Positions 47,868 through 57,235 of a stretch of 64,000 bases of DNA are shown one piece after another. The DNA is from Patescibacteria group bacterium (lineage in GTDB: Bacteria > Patescibacteriota > Minisyncoccia > Phycocordibacterales > Phycocordibacteraceae): positions 123,359 through 187,358 of the forward strand of contig JAZKAU010000001.1 in the NCBI GenBank assembly GCA_040388985.1, given 5' to 3'. A model generated the notes under the pieces. That model searched no databases and had not been told where the DNA came from. It saw only the letters and a program-made list of their open reading frames with translations. Every line of letters starts with the position of its first letter. Positions within the stretch are counted from its first letter, which is position 1. The position numbers were made by a program, and so were the translations under genes.

Positions 47868-48551
47868 TTACTTTTTTGCGTGATGAAGCTTCCACAGCAG
47901 GAGGGAAACGTAGGAACGATGGGGCGACCATCTCGCCGCGATACGCTCTAACTCTTTACGGTGCGAACCTTTAGGGAGGCCATGGAGTTCTTCCGTCATG
48001 CGCGCGAGGATAAGATCGCCCGCAGAGAAGACATCGGGACTTCCGACTGCGAAGATGAGGAACATCTCGGCCGTCCATGGTCCGATGCCGCGGTGACTCG
48101 TAAGCGTGTGCACTGCCTCTTCAGGAGTCTGCTTCTTGAGTGCCAGCAGATTAAGTTCGCCCGAGAGGATGCTTTCCGAAAGCTCGGTGAGCGCCCGTAC
48201 CTTAGCTTCAGACAGGCCCGCAGCACGGAGCTTCACGGAGTGCGTCGCTTGTACTGCGACAGGCGTAAGCGTGCCGCCGACCGCTGTTTCAAGGCGCGCG
48301 AAGATAGTCGCTGCAGCTTTCCCAGAAAGCTGCTGGCTCGTGATGGACGAGACGAGCGAACGGAAGAGCTGGTCGCGCGTGCGCTTAGGCTGTACGCGCG
48401 ACGCAACGAGGCCACGATGGGGAAGGGAAGCCGTATAGAGAATCGGGTCAGCGCGCTTGAGGTGCGCGAGCGCAGCGCGCTCGCGCACGAGATCCCTGCT
48501 TTCCACAGCCGTCTTCGCACGTTTTTCACCTTTTCCATATTGAGACGCCAT
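47868..48551 (-). CDS. DNA-3-methyladenine glycosylase II (HhH-GPD, AlkA family)
   Basis: SQQLSGKAA, GIGPWTAEMFLIF and WSPHRS. Confidence 0.92.
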   Translation of the reverse strand: MASQYGKGEKRAKTAVESRDLVRERAALAHLKRADPILYTASLPHRGLVASRVQPKRTRDQLFRSLVSSITSQQLSGKAAATIFARLETAVGGTLTPVAVQATHSVKLRAAGLSEAKVRALTELSESILSGELNLLALKKQTPEEAVHTLTSHRGIGPWTAEMFLIFAVGSPDVFSAGDLILARMTEELHGLPKGSHRKELERIAARWSPHRSYVSLLLWKLHHAKK

Positions 48552-48584
48552 AGCAGTTCCAAGTATGCGCTATACTGTGCCCAT

Positions 48585-48779
48585 ATGGCAAAACTCATAT
48601 TCTATATCATCGTCGGCCTGCTCGTGCTCTCGTTCTTCGGGGTCTCCCTCCAGCATCTCGTGCAGTCTCCGACTACGCAGGGAAATTTCTCGTACTTCTG
48701 GGATCTTATCGTACAAGGGTGGAACTTCCTTACGGGAACCGCTCGCGATCTCGGACAGAGCTTCGGCTTCGGTAAATAA
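48585..48779 (+). CDS. Small membrane protein
   Basis: MAKLIFYIIVGLLVLSFFGVSL...; TATACT 8 nt before the ATG. Confidence 0.7.
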   Translation: MAKLIFYIIVGLLVLSFFGVSLQHLVQSPTTQGNFSYFWDLIVQGWNFLTGTARDLGQSFGFGK

Positions 48780-49027
48780 TGCCGATGGAACCCTTCATGG
48801 AAAAAAGAATCAATATCAGCATTCCCGCCGAGGCGACGCCTTCTTTCTCGAACGCTACCCAGGTGACCGTGTCCGACGACTCGGTTGTGCTCCAGTTCGC
48901 GTATGTCCGTCCCGACACCGCTTCAGGTCAGCTTATCTCCGAGATCGTCCTCTCTCCTAAGCACGCCATCGACTTCAGCCGTTCGCTCGACGCCACCATA
49001 AAGCAGCATTTTACACGTCACCTTTAG
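48779..49027 (+). CDS. DUF3467-like small protein
   Basis: FSNATQV...VVLQFAY...IVLSPKHA. Confidence 0.7.
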   Translation: MPMEPFMEKRINISIPAEATPSFSNATQVTVSDDSVVLQFAYVRPDTASGQLISEIVLSPKHAIDFSRSLDATIKQHFTRHL

Positions 49028-49117
49028 ACACAAATAAGCAGCAAGCTCTGAGAGAAATTGCCAAGGGCCCGCTTCGTCTTTCGGACTAGGCGGGCCCTTT
49101 GCGAACGATGGAGCGGA

Positions 49118-49366
49118 TCATGCGCGTTGGTTCTCACGGAGCGCCACCATCGCGACGATTCCGGCGCAATATACGATGACGAGTTCCGCGACCATCGCCA
49201 TTGCGATGTAGAACCAGGAATGCCCGATGACTGCGCCGAGAGCGACAGGAAGCACGAACAGGATCAGCCAGCTTGCCGGAGCGAACACCTGGGCAATGTT
49301 GATGCACACCAGGATGGGGACAAGCAACAGGAACAAAAGATCGAGGATCTTGGACAAGTTCGGCAT
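49118..49366 (-). CDS. Small orphan three-TM protein (cassette)
   Basis: SD gaggt, highly hydrophobic, and a terminator aagggcccgc/gcgggccctt at ~49063-49100. Confidence 0.6.
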   Translation of the reverse strand: MPNLSKILDLLFLLLVPILVCINIAQVFAPASWLILFVLPVALGAVIGHSWFYIAMAMVAELVIVYCAGIVAMVALRENQRA

Positions 49367-49532
49367 GACAGCTACCTCTCAATGTTCGGTTGCGGAAACG
49401 AAATCTCTTGGTGCAATTCAGGACCAGTATCATATTGGTACGGATAAAATTATCCGTCAATGCGCTCGGCAAGGACTGTCGGCCCGCGGAGAGGATTTGC
49501 TAAATTGCCAGATTTGTCCTATTATCCATTCC

Positions 49533-50537
49533 ATGAGACAAAGCGTAGTGCCGTGGAGACTGGTACGCAGGATGTTCGGCGCCCTGGGAGTATTCGTCGT
49601 CCTTACGGTCGTAACATGGGCGCTGGAAAGCTATCTTGCTCATGTCCGGAGCAATGCGCTTACGGCAGCCGTCATCGCCTCCCAAGTCGTCTCTCTCACT
49701 AACGATAGCCGCACAGGTGGAGGACTTCCGGCGCTCACGGTCAGTCCGCTCCTCACCCAAGCTGCACAACTCAAGGCAGATGACATGGCCAAAGGCTCCT
49801 ATTACGCGCACGTAAGTCCGGACGGAAAGACCCCGCTCTATTGGCTCGATCAGGTAGGGTACCGCTATCTGAACGCTGGCGAGAACCTCGTCATCGACCG
49901 GACAACCTCCAAGGACGTCGTGGACGCCTGGCTGAATTCACCTGACCACCGCGAGAATATCCTGCGGCCGCAATTCACGGAGATAGGAGTCGGCGTCGCA
50001 AACGGCAGGTATAAGGGGGAGGATACTATCTATGTCGTACAGGAATTCGGCACGCCCTATCCTTCGGTACAGCTCGCCCGGATTCCGGCACCCATACCTG
50101 CTCCCGTGGCGCCTGCGACCATACGCACTCCGGAACACATCGCGCTGCCGGTATTGGCCGCAAAGCCCGCGACGGTCCTCGCCACCTCCACCGTAACCGC
50201 ACCAAGCAATACGCTCGTGCGGAGCGTGGCTGCGCTCGCCGCTCCCGTTATCGACACCATACACGTAGTCCGTACGCAGGTAGCCACTACGACTGCTCCC
50301 CGCATAGCAGCCAGCTCGACTCCTGCGATACCTGGAACTGCCACGACGACAGTTCCGAGCACGCCTGCGCCGCAGCCGGAACATGTATTCAGGATAACGA
50401 ACCTTCCGGATACGACGATCTCAGCCGTTCCAAGCGCTAGTGTAACGGCACCTTCTTCACCCGACGTCTCCTGGTTCGATGCTATTGTGCTGCGGATACG
50501 CAGCATTGCTGCAGGCGTGCCACGGCTTTGGAAATAG
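49533..50537 (+). CDS. CAP (SCP) domain membrane-anchored protein with a Thr/Pro-rich tail
   Basis: AAQLKADDM...H.SPDG, AGENL and WLNSPDHRENIL. Confidence 0.9.
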   Translation: MRQSVVPWRLVRRMFGALGVFVVLTVVTWALESYLAHVRSNALTAAVIASQVVSLTNDSRTGGGLPALTVSPLLTQAAQLKADDMAKGSYYAHVSPDGKTPLYWLDQVGYRYLNAGENLVIDRTTSKDVVDAWLNSPDHRENILRPQFTEIGVGVANGRYKGEDTIYVVQEFGTPYPSVQLARIPAPIPAPVAPATIRTPEHIALPVLAAKPATVLATSTVTAPSNTLVRSVAALAAPVIDTIHVVRTQVATTTAPRIAASSTPAIPGTATTTVPSTPAPQPEHVFRITNLPDTTISAVPSASVTAPSSPDVSWFDAIVLRIRSIAAGVPRLWK

Positions 50538-50637
50538 GGCTTTCATGATGTCTTCACCGGACCTTCACCTATAATGAGGTAGAAATATGTACATGGATAG
50601 CCGTAGGCATCCTCAGTACTAGGTAATTGACTCTCTC

Positions 50638-50874
50638 ATGAAAAAACTACTCGGAATATTTGCTCTCGCGGCATTAGTTGCGGTTCCAGCGGCCGCGTCC
50701 CACGCAGCAACGTTTGCGTACGTGAACACGTCCGGCGAAGTCAGCTCGGTGGAGGCTACTACGGCCACTACCGCGCTTTCAACTGCGCCGAACATCGCTA
50801 TGCATAGCGGCGTGATGCAGCTCAGCGACACCAATGATTCGATCCTCAACGACAACGTAGGCGGATCGCTTTAA
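50638..50874 (+). CDS. Small secreted protein
   Basis: Signal peptide ending SHA; terminator downstream. Confidence 0.75.
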   Translation: MKKLLGIFALAALVAVPAAASHAATFAYVNTSGEVSSVEATTATTALSTAPNIAMHSGVMQLSDTNDSILNDNVGGSL

Positions 50875-50893
50875 GCTTAAGACAACAATACGT

Positions 50894-50935
50894 GAAGATA
50901 ACGAACGGCCCGCAAGCGGGCCGTTCGTTATCTTC
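50894..50935. terminator. Intrinsic terminator hairpin
   Basis: gaagataacgaacggcccgc-aa-gcgggccgttcgttatcttc. Confidence 0.75.
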
Positions 50936-51036
50936 TTACCCATCCTCACTCTCGAGATGAAGGATGCCTCATCTTCATGAAGATAAGACCATTATAAACA
51001 TGTTGCGTCAAAGAGGTCGCGCGCTATACTACATCT

Positions 51037-52125
51037 ATGAACATTCGCATCACCAAACACGCAGCAACCTATCTTGCACCCATCGTCCTCCTTACAGGAC
51101 TCTTACCCCTTCAGGCATTCGCGTCCTCGAGCAGCTCACCGAGCTGCTCGCTCACAGCGACGACGGGGAGCGGACAAACCAGTCTCCGCAGCTCGGATAC
51201 CGTCCTCGTGCGCCAAGGCGATGTGCTTACGCTTGCCTGGGAAAGCCAGAACGCGAAGAAGGCGATCGATGCAGGTGGTAAGAGCATCGCGCTTTCAGGC
51301 ATTGCGACGTCGACTCCGATGGATTCATTCGACGTCTCGTATACGTTCAGCAACGGCAGTAGGAAGACTGTGTGCAAGGCTTCGATACAAGTAGTGCAGG
51401 CGTCCTTCGTTGCTGAGTCCCTTACGGCTGAGTCCGGATCGCGACCTGACATACTCGGGCAGATAGATGGCTCAAAGACGATCGAAGTAACCGTGCAGGC
51501 GGTCGGCAGCAACACGCTCCTCTATGACAGCAAGACGCTAAAGGTTCGCGGCGGGGGATTCGAAGCAAAGCTTACTAAGGCTCTTCCTGACGGCATGTAT
51601 GTCGTCACGCTCACGGGCGACAAGAAGTACAAGCTGAATCAGATCGCTACCAGCACGCTCACCGTTGGCGCGACCGGAACCCTCTATGCCGCTTCGATCC
51701 CGCTTCTGTCAGGCGGTGCCACAGGTCCCGGAACTACCGTACCCGTCTCCTATCTCCAGATAGTAAACACAGGCAAGACGCCGGTCACGCTCACCGGCTT
51801 CCAGGTGAAAGAAGACGGCTCGGCGCCGACCGCTTCAGTCATCGGCCTCTCGACCGTGGACGATAAGGGCGGCTCGCGCGGACTTATCGGCGGCACTGAA
51901 GGCGCGAACCCTTTTGTGAACGGTATCGCGACTGTTCCTACGAATGCCACATTTGCGCCGGGAGAACGCAAGCTCTTCACGATCAAGGCGATACTCAGCG
52001 TACACGCAGGCGCATATGCGGGGAGCCAGCTCATGCTCGACATCGCAGGACTCGTGGCGCCAGGTGCGAACTTGAAGGCAGTATTCCCGATACGCGGAAC
52101 GACCTGGACCGTAAACGCTTTTTAA
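51037..52125 (+). CDS. Secreted Ig-like beta-rich surface protein
   Basis: Signal peptide ending AFA; PSCSL...TLAWES.NA pattern; Thr/Gly-rich. Confidence 0.7.
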   Translation: MNIRITKHAATYLAPIVLLTGLLPLQAFASSSSSPSCSLTATTGSGQTSLRSSDTVLVRQGDVLTLAWESQNAKKAIDAGGKSIALSGIATSTPMDSFDVSYTFSNGSRKTVCKASIQVVQASFVAESLTAESGSRPDILGQIDGSKTIEVTVQAVGSNTLLYDSKTLKVRGGGFEAKLTKALPDGMYVVTLTGDKKYKLNQIATSTLTVGATGTLYAASIPLLSGGATGPGTTVPVSYLQIVNTGKTPVTLTGFQVKEDGSAPTASVIGLSTVDDKGGSRGLIGGTEGANPFVNGIATVPTNATFAPGERKLFTIKAILSVHAGAYAGSQLMLDIAGLVAPGANLKAVFPIRGTTWTVNAF

Positions 52126-52233
52126 GGAATGGTGCATTTCTCAAACGCCCTTAATCAGAACGTCATAGTTGGATGGTAGACTGTACGCATAGCCCTGCGT
52201 GGCAGATCTAGCATAACCAACCTTCATCATTAC

Positions 52234-52584
52234 ATGACTTTCATCTCTCTTATCTTGGGCTTCGTACTGGGCGCTGCCGCTATCATCTTCGCCCTTCAGA
52301 ATAACGAGATGGTCGCGCTCAGCTTCCTGGGATGGCAGTTCGAGAGTTCGCTCGCACTCGTCATTATCCTTGCGACTGCAGTAGGTACGCTTCTCGGCGT
52401 TCTGCTGTCGGTGCCAAGCATCATCCGTCGCAGCTTTGCCATCATGAGCCTTAAGAGAGCTAATCGCGGACTCCATGACGAGGCGCAGACCTTGCGCGAC
52501 ATGCATGAACAGGACGAAGCGAAGCTTCAGGCTGATACGACGTCAGCAGTTGCTCCCGATACTATCGACTTAAGACAGCCGTAA
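52234..52584 (+). CDS. LapA/DUF1049 family membrane protein
   Basis: IFALQN..V.L.FLGW motif, two TM helices and a coiled coil. Confidence 0.85.
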   Translation: MTFISLILGFVLGAAAIIFALQNNEMVALSFLGWQFESSLALVIILATAVGTLLGVLLSVPSIIRRSFAIMSLKRANRGLHDEAQTLRDMHEQDEAKLQADTTSAVAPDTIDLRQP

Positions 52585-52590
52585 GACGAC

Positions 52591-53427
52591 CTATAAGGTT
52601 GGAGTAGTGGTGGGGGCTTGCGTCTCGCATGTCTCTCCTGCGTTCGTACTGGAGGCAATCATCCTCGATAGGCTGCCTTGCATGGCAGGAATGGTGTGCG
52701 GACCCTGTCCCTGCGGGCGCCCCGAGAATTCAAGCGAGCGAATGTCGCACGCAAGGAAGGTCTGCGGAGTTGCCGTGAGTATCACGCCGCGCAGGCCCAC
52801 GCGTTCTCCTGCGGAGAGCGCGTTCTTGGCGTCCATCGGAACCGATGGTGCAAACGTGACCTGCCACTCCTTCTGTCCAGGATCGACAAGCACCAAGCCT
52901 TCGGGTGTCGAGGCGCGTATGATACCCACCAGGAAGCCGTGTTCGGGGTTCAGCCAGCGATCGCGCTGCAGGCCTTCGAGATCGCGCGCAAAAGGGAGGT
53001 GGTGTCCAGCAAGTCGATCGAGCAACAGCCCGGTGCCGACGCTATACAGCGCGGTGCCGAGCACGAGGCTCACGAGCAGGAGCGAGAGCAGGAGGGTCGA
53101 GAGTTCGTATTTATAGCCTTTATTAGTGGAGCGGATCTCGCGATAGGCGAGATAGCTGAAAACGCCGAAAAGCACGATCCAGAGCACCGGCATGAGATAG
53201 ATCATATCGAAGGCGGGCGGATGGATGCCCGGAGGGAGTACGCGCGGAATGTTTACGATACGGAATAGGACCGAAGAGACGGCAGCTGCACCCACGAGTA
53301 CGGCGAGTGCTGCGAGCAGCCAGAAGCCGATGTTCTTGAATCTGAAATAGTTGCGCGAGCGCGGCGCGATCTGCTCCGCCTTGATGCGCTCGAGCACCTT
53401 GTCTGAGGTCGTGTTATGCGTATCCAT
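52591..53427 (-). CDS. Membrane protein, probable anti-sigma partner of the ECF sigma factor
   Basis: Overlaps the end of the ECF sigma gene; three TM helices plus an OB-like C-terminal domain. Confidence 0.65.
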   Translation of the reverse strand: MDTHNTTSDKVLERIKAEQIAPRSRNYFRFKNIGFWLLAALAVLVGAAAVSSVLFRIVNIPRVLPPGIHPPAFDMIYLMPVLWIVLFGVFSYLAYREIRSTNKGYKYELSTLLLSLLLVSLVLGTALYSVGTGLLLDRLAGHHLPFARDLEGLQRDRWLNPEHGFLVGIIRASTPEGLVLVDPGQKEWQVTFAPSVPMDAKNALSAGERVGLRGVILTATPQTFLACDIRSLEFSGRPQGQGPHTIPAMQGSLSRMIASSTNAGETCETQAPTTTPTL

Positions 53428-53998
53428 ATACGTAGCCGTTAGTGTTCATATAATGCTTGATGCGCGCCTTCGCGCGATTGAGCCGAGTCGCCACCGTCCC
53501 GGGCGGAATGGCGAGAATGTCCGATATCTCGTCGTACGTCTTATGTTCGAAGAACTGGAGGATGATGACCTCGTAGTACTCCTGGGAAAGCTGCTCTACG
53601 GCTTCGCGCAGTCGCTTCGCGTCATATGCCGCCATCGACTCCTTCAGCACATCGGTCTCGCTTGCCAGATTAGCGATCACGTCCTCGTCGAGGTCTACGG
53701 AGTGGCCGTGCGGCCGTGCACGCCGGCGCCTGAAATACGCCATGGTCTCATTGTGCGTAATGCGGTAGAGCCACGAGGAGAGCTTCAGGCTGGAATCGAA
53801 GGAGTTGAGATTCTGATAGACTTTCAGGAACACTTCCTGAAGTATGTCCTCGCTGTCTTCCGGCCCGAGCTTCCCGATGCGGTAGATATACGTACGAAGC
53901 TTGCCTTCGTACCGCTCCACGAGGACCCGGAAATATACCGTATCTTCGAGGCAGGCCTCCACCAGCTCCTCGTCGCTATACTCGCTCATGGTCGGCAT
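53414..53998 (-). CDS. ECF RNA polymerase sigma factor (SigW-like)
   Basis: EDILQEVFLK, SWLYRI.HN and TYDEISDIL.IP.GTV.TRL.RA. Confidence 0.95.
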   Translation of the reverse strand: MPTMSEYSDEELVEACLEDTVYFRVLVERYEGKLRTYIYRIGKLGPEDSEDILQEVFLKVYQNLNSFDSSLKLSSWLYRITHNETMAYFRRRRARPHGHSVDLDEDVIANLASETDVLKESMAAYDAKRLREAVEQLSQEYYEVIILQFFEHKTYDEISDILAIPPGTVATRLNRAKARIKHYMNTNGYVYGYA

Positions 53999-54175
53999 GC
54001 CTATAGCATACCCTGTCTACTACTACGCCCAGAAGCTGGTCTTTCTTTCATATATTCTTGATGATCGGAAAATGAAGAACTTTGTGTGGGAAAACAAGAA
54101 CCACCCACACGAATGCGAGCAGTCCTTGCTGCGCAAACATTGTGGGTGGTCATTCTCCGGATAGTGCCGCTGCCT

Positions 54176-54607
54176 TCAGCCGCCGATCGCCGCGTTGAGG
54201 CGATCGATCTGGCGGTTGAGACCAGCGATCAGCTGATAGCGATAGACCGTGGCCGCGATCGTGCAGATCGAGTTCGGGGGCACCACGGCAACGTGGATGC
54301 AGTTCATCGTGGCTTCCTGGGTGTACCGGTCCCGCTGCTCGATGAGGATATCCCGGGCCATGATCTTCCCTTCGGTCATCCGGGGCATGAGGGACTGCTC
54401 ATGGAAGGAGGCGTCCTCCTGACCCTGGAACCAGCCGTTCCAGACCTGATCGCAGTAATCCTTCATATACCGGGACGCCGACTTCCAGTTGGCGCACACA
54501 CCGGTGTCGCCGGGGTTGAGCGCGGCGGCGACCGGGGTACTGGCGTTGGTGGTCGTGGGAACGGTGAGCGCGGCGGCGACAATCGCGAGAGTCAAGGTGC
54601 GAAGCAT
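54176..54607 (-). CDS. Secreted four-Cys orphan protein (cassette)
   Basis: SD aggagg, signal peptide, promoter TTGACA (54679-54684)-16-TATAAT, and a hairpin at ~54099-54150. Confidence 0.7.
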   Translation of the reverse strand: MLRTLTLAIVAAALTVPTTTNASTPVAAALNPGDTGVCANWKSASRYMKDYCDQVWNGWFQGQEDASFHEQSLMPRMTEGKIMARDILIEQRDRYTQEATMNCIHVAVVPPNSICTIAATVYRYQLIAGLNRQIDRLNAAIGG

Positions 54608-54808
54608 TGAACGTCCTCCTGTTGGCCCGAAATCGAGCTTGGGTTCAATATATAGCATTATACATAAATCATTACGTCTGTCAAGATTAAAAGAGAGTGA
54701 AAGAACTTGAGATCAGAATACGTACTAATATTAGAGAAGTCAGGAATAGGGCGTGCTGCCTATATTTCTGGCTCTATTACCCGCATAAGGATTTCTGACA
54801 CGTATTCC

Positions 54809-56512
54809 ATGCATTTCATACGAACCTATCTTTCTGGAGCCAAGGCGTGGGCGCTTGCGCACAAGAAGACATCGATATTTGCCCTGCTCGTCGTCCTTAT
54901 AGGCGGGTACAGTCTCGTGCACGCTATGAGCGCCACGAGCGCACAAACCCGCTATGTGCTTAGCGCCGTAGGGAAGGGAACGGTCATCAGCTCGGTAAGC
55001 GGTACGGGGCAGGTGGCGACTACTAATACGGTGACGCTCACGAGCAAAGCCTCCGGAGAACTCGTCTCCGTGAATGTCATACCTGGGCAGAGCGTGAAGG
55101 CTGGGCAGCTCATCGCGCAAGTGGACGCCACGAATGCTGCCTATGATCTCGAGTCCGCGCGCATCGCCTACGACAAACTGGTCACCGTCGACAGCACGAG
55201 CCTTTCCGACGCACAGAGCGGCGTAACGCAGGCGCAGGAGGACATCGATAAAGGATACGCGGATGCACGCACGACTCTCACGAGTACGCCTACGGACATG
55301 CAGGACGTCTTAGATGGTATCGACGCACTCTTCGGGAAGAACGGCTATCTCACCGGACAGAATTACGATCGAGGAGGCGCTCCAGCGGACACCTATCGCG
55401 ACAAGGCCCAGAAGAGCTTTTACGCCGCGCAGACTTCGCTCAAGGCCTTCCAGGCCCAGGAGCGCAGCATCACGCAGGGAAGCAGCGAAGCGACTATAGA
55501 GTCCGCGGTGTCGAGCGGATATCAGACGAGCCTGCTCGTCGCGCAGGCCGCAAAAGACACGAAAGATGCCGTAGTATATATCCGGAATCATGACGAGAGC
55601 GGCACTCCTAAGGCAGAAAGCGCGTACACGTCAGCGACTTCGCTTTCTGCTTCTGCAGATGTTGTCGTTTCCGATTTCAACAATGTGAAGACTACGCTTG
55701 TCGATAATGTGCGCGCGCTCGCGAAGGCGCAGCAGTCGCTTGAGGACGTCAAGGACGGTCCTGATACGAGCGACATACGGTCGCAGACGCTCTCGATACG
55801 AGAAAAGCAACAAACGCTCGCTGACTATTCGGTCCGCGCGCCGTTCGACGGCGTGATAGCCTCGGTATCTGCTCATAAGGGCGACGCCGCAGGCGGGAGC
55901 ACCGAGATAGCGACACTTATAACGAAAGAGAAGATCGCACAGATATCGCTCAATGAGATCGATGCGACAAAGGTCGCCGTAGGCCAGAAGGCGACGCTTA
56001 CCTTCGACGCTATCGATAGTCTGACGATAAGCGGTACGGTCGCGGAAATGGACCTCGTAGGCACGGTTACTCAAGGCGTGGTGAGCTACACCGTCAAGAT
56101 AGGTCTTGATACGGACGACGATCGCGTGAAGCCCGGCATGACGGTGAGTGCTGACATCGTGACCGACATTGCTCAGGACGTTATCGAGGTTCCGACATCA
56201 GCCATAAAAAGCCAGGGCGACGCGAGCTACGTCGAGACCATCCCGGGCGCTGCGACGACCACTGCTCAAGGAATCATTTCGACCACTGCACCTGAGATGA
56301 TTCCGGTAACTATCGGGCTCTCTGGAGACGACAGCACCGAAATACTCTCAGGACTTTCCGAAGGAGATGTGGTCATCACGCGCACTATCGCTCCTACGAC
56401 TTCTAAGACGACGGCGACGGCGCCGAGCCTGCTTGGCGGAGGGGCGACGCGCACTACGGGCGCAACAGGCGCGGCGCGTACGTTCGGCACTGGCGGTACA
56501 GCCGGCAGGTAA
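54809..56512 (+). CDS. MacA-like membrane fusion (adaptor) protein
   Basis: TM anchor, lipoyl half-motifs GQSVKAGQLIA and RAPFDG, and KPGMT. Confidence 0.9.
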   Translation: MHFIRTYLSGAKAWALAHKKTSIFALLVVLIGGYSLVHAMSATSAQTRYVLSAVGKGTVISSVSGTGQVATTNTVTLTSKASGELVSVNVIPGQSVKAGQLIAQVDATNAAYDLESARIAYDKLVTVDSTSLSDAQSGVTQAQEDIDKGYADARTTLTSTPTDMQDVLDGIDALFGKNGYLTGQNYDRGGAPADTYRDKAQKSFYAAQTSLKAFQAQERSITQGSSEATIESAVSSGYQTSLLVAQAAKDTKDAVVYIRNHDESGTPKAESAYTSATSLSASADVVVSDFNNVKTTLVDNVRALAKAQQSLEDVKDGPDTSDIRSQTLSIREKQQTLADYSVRAPFDGVIASVSAHKGDAAGGSTEIATLITKEKIAQISLNEIDATKVAVGQKATLTFDAIDSLTISGTVAEMDLVGTVTQGVVSYTVKIGLDTDDDRVKPGMTVSADIVTDIAQDVIEVPTSAIKSQGDASYVETIPGAATTTAQGIISTTAPEMIPVTIGLSGDDSTEILSGLSEGDVVITRTIAPTTSKTTATAPSLLGGGATRTTGATGAARTFGTGGTAGR

Positions 56513-56518
56513 TCCCGC

Positions 56519-57235
56519 ATGATAGAGGTCGCGAACATCACTAAGACTTACGGAGCAGGCTCCGACATGGAGTTCCAGGCTCTCAAAGGCGTGTCCTTCT
56601 CAATTGCCGACGGAGAGTTCGTGGCTATCATGGGGCCGTCAGGTTCTGGAAAATCGACGATGATGCATATTCTCGGCTGCCTCGACACCCCGTCTTCGGG
56701 GACCTACACGCTCGACGGGAAGGATGTCTCGACGATGGGCGATGACGAGCTTGCGAACATACGCCGGGAAAAGATAGGTTTCGTCTTCCAGTCCTTCAAC
56801 CTGCTTCCGCGTACGACCGTCTTGCGTAACGTCATGCTTCCACTCACGTATGCAGGCGTTCCGGAAGAGGAGCGGGAACGGAAGGCGAAGGAAGTCCTCC
56901 TGGCTGCGGGCTTTGCGGCCACTCACCTTAACCATCTCTCGAACCAGCTTTCAGGTGGACAGATCCAGCGCGTCGCCATCGCACGCGCGCTAGTCAACGA
57001 CCCCTCGCTCATCCTCGCAGACGAGCCCACCGGAAACCTCGACTCGAAGACAGGCGCAATCGTGCTCGAAACATTCCAGAAGCTGAATGAGGAATTGGGC
57101 AGGACTATCGTGCTCATCACGCACGAACAGGAAGTGGCCGAGCACGCAGGTCGGATCATCTTTATTCGCGACGGACTCATAGTCTCGGACGCCAAGAACG
57201 AGCATAAGAAGCATCTGTATCATGAAAATAACTGA
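56519..57235 (+). CDS. ABC transporter ATP-binding protein (MacB/LolD family)
   Basis: [13 protein letters not shown] and [11 protein letters not shown]. Confidence 0.96.
   Translation: MIEVANITKTYGAGSDMEFQALKGVSFSIADGEFVAIMGPSGSGKSTMMHILGCLDTPSSGTYTLDGKDVSTMGDDELANIRREKIGFVFQSFNLLPRTTVLRNVMLPLTYAGVPEEERERKAKEVLLAAGFAATHLNHLSNQLSGGQIQRVAIARALVNDPSLILADEPTGNLDSKTGAIVLETFQKLNEELGRTIVLITHEQEVAEHAGRIIFIRDGLIVSDAKNEHKKHLYHENN

Noticed and set aside
7282-54684. Integron attC sites around the cassette genes
   Set aside because: No consistent RYYYAAC...GTTRRRY boundaries were seen, the cassettes are dispersed with their own promoters, and there is no integrase in the window.
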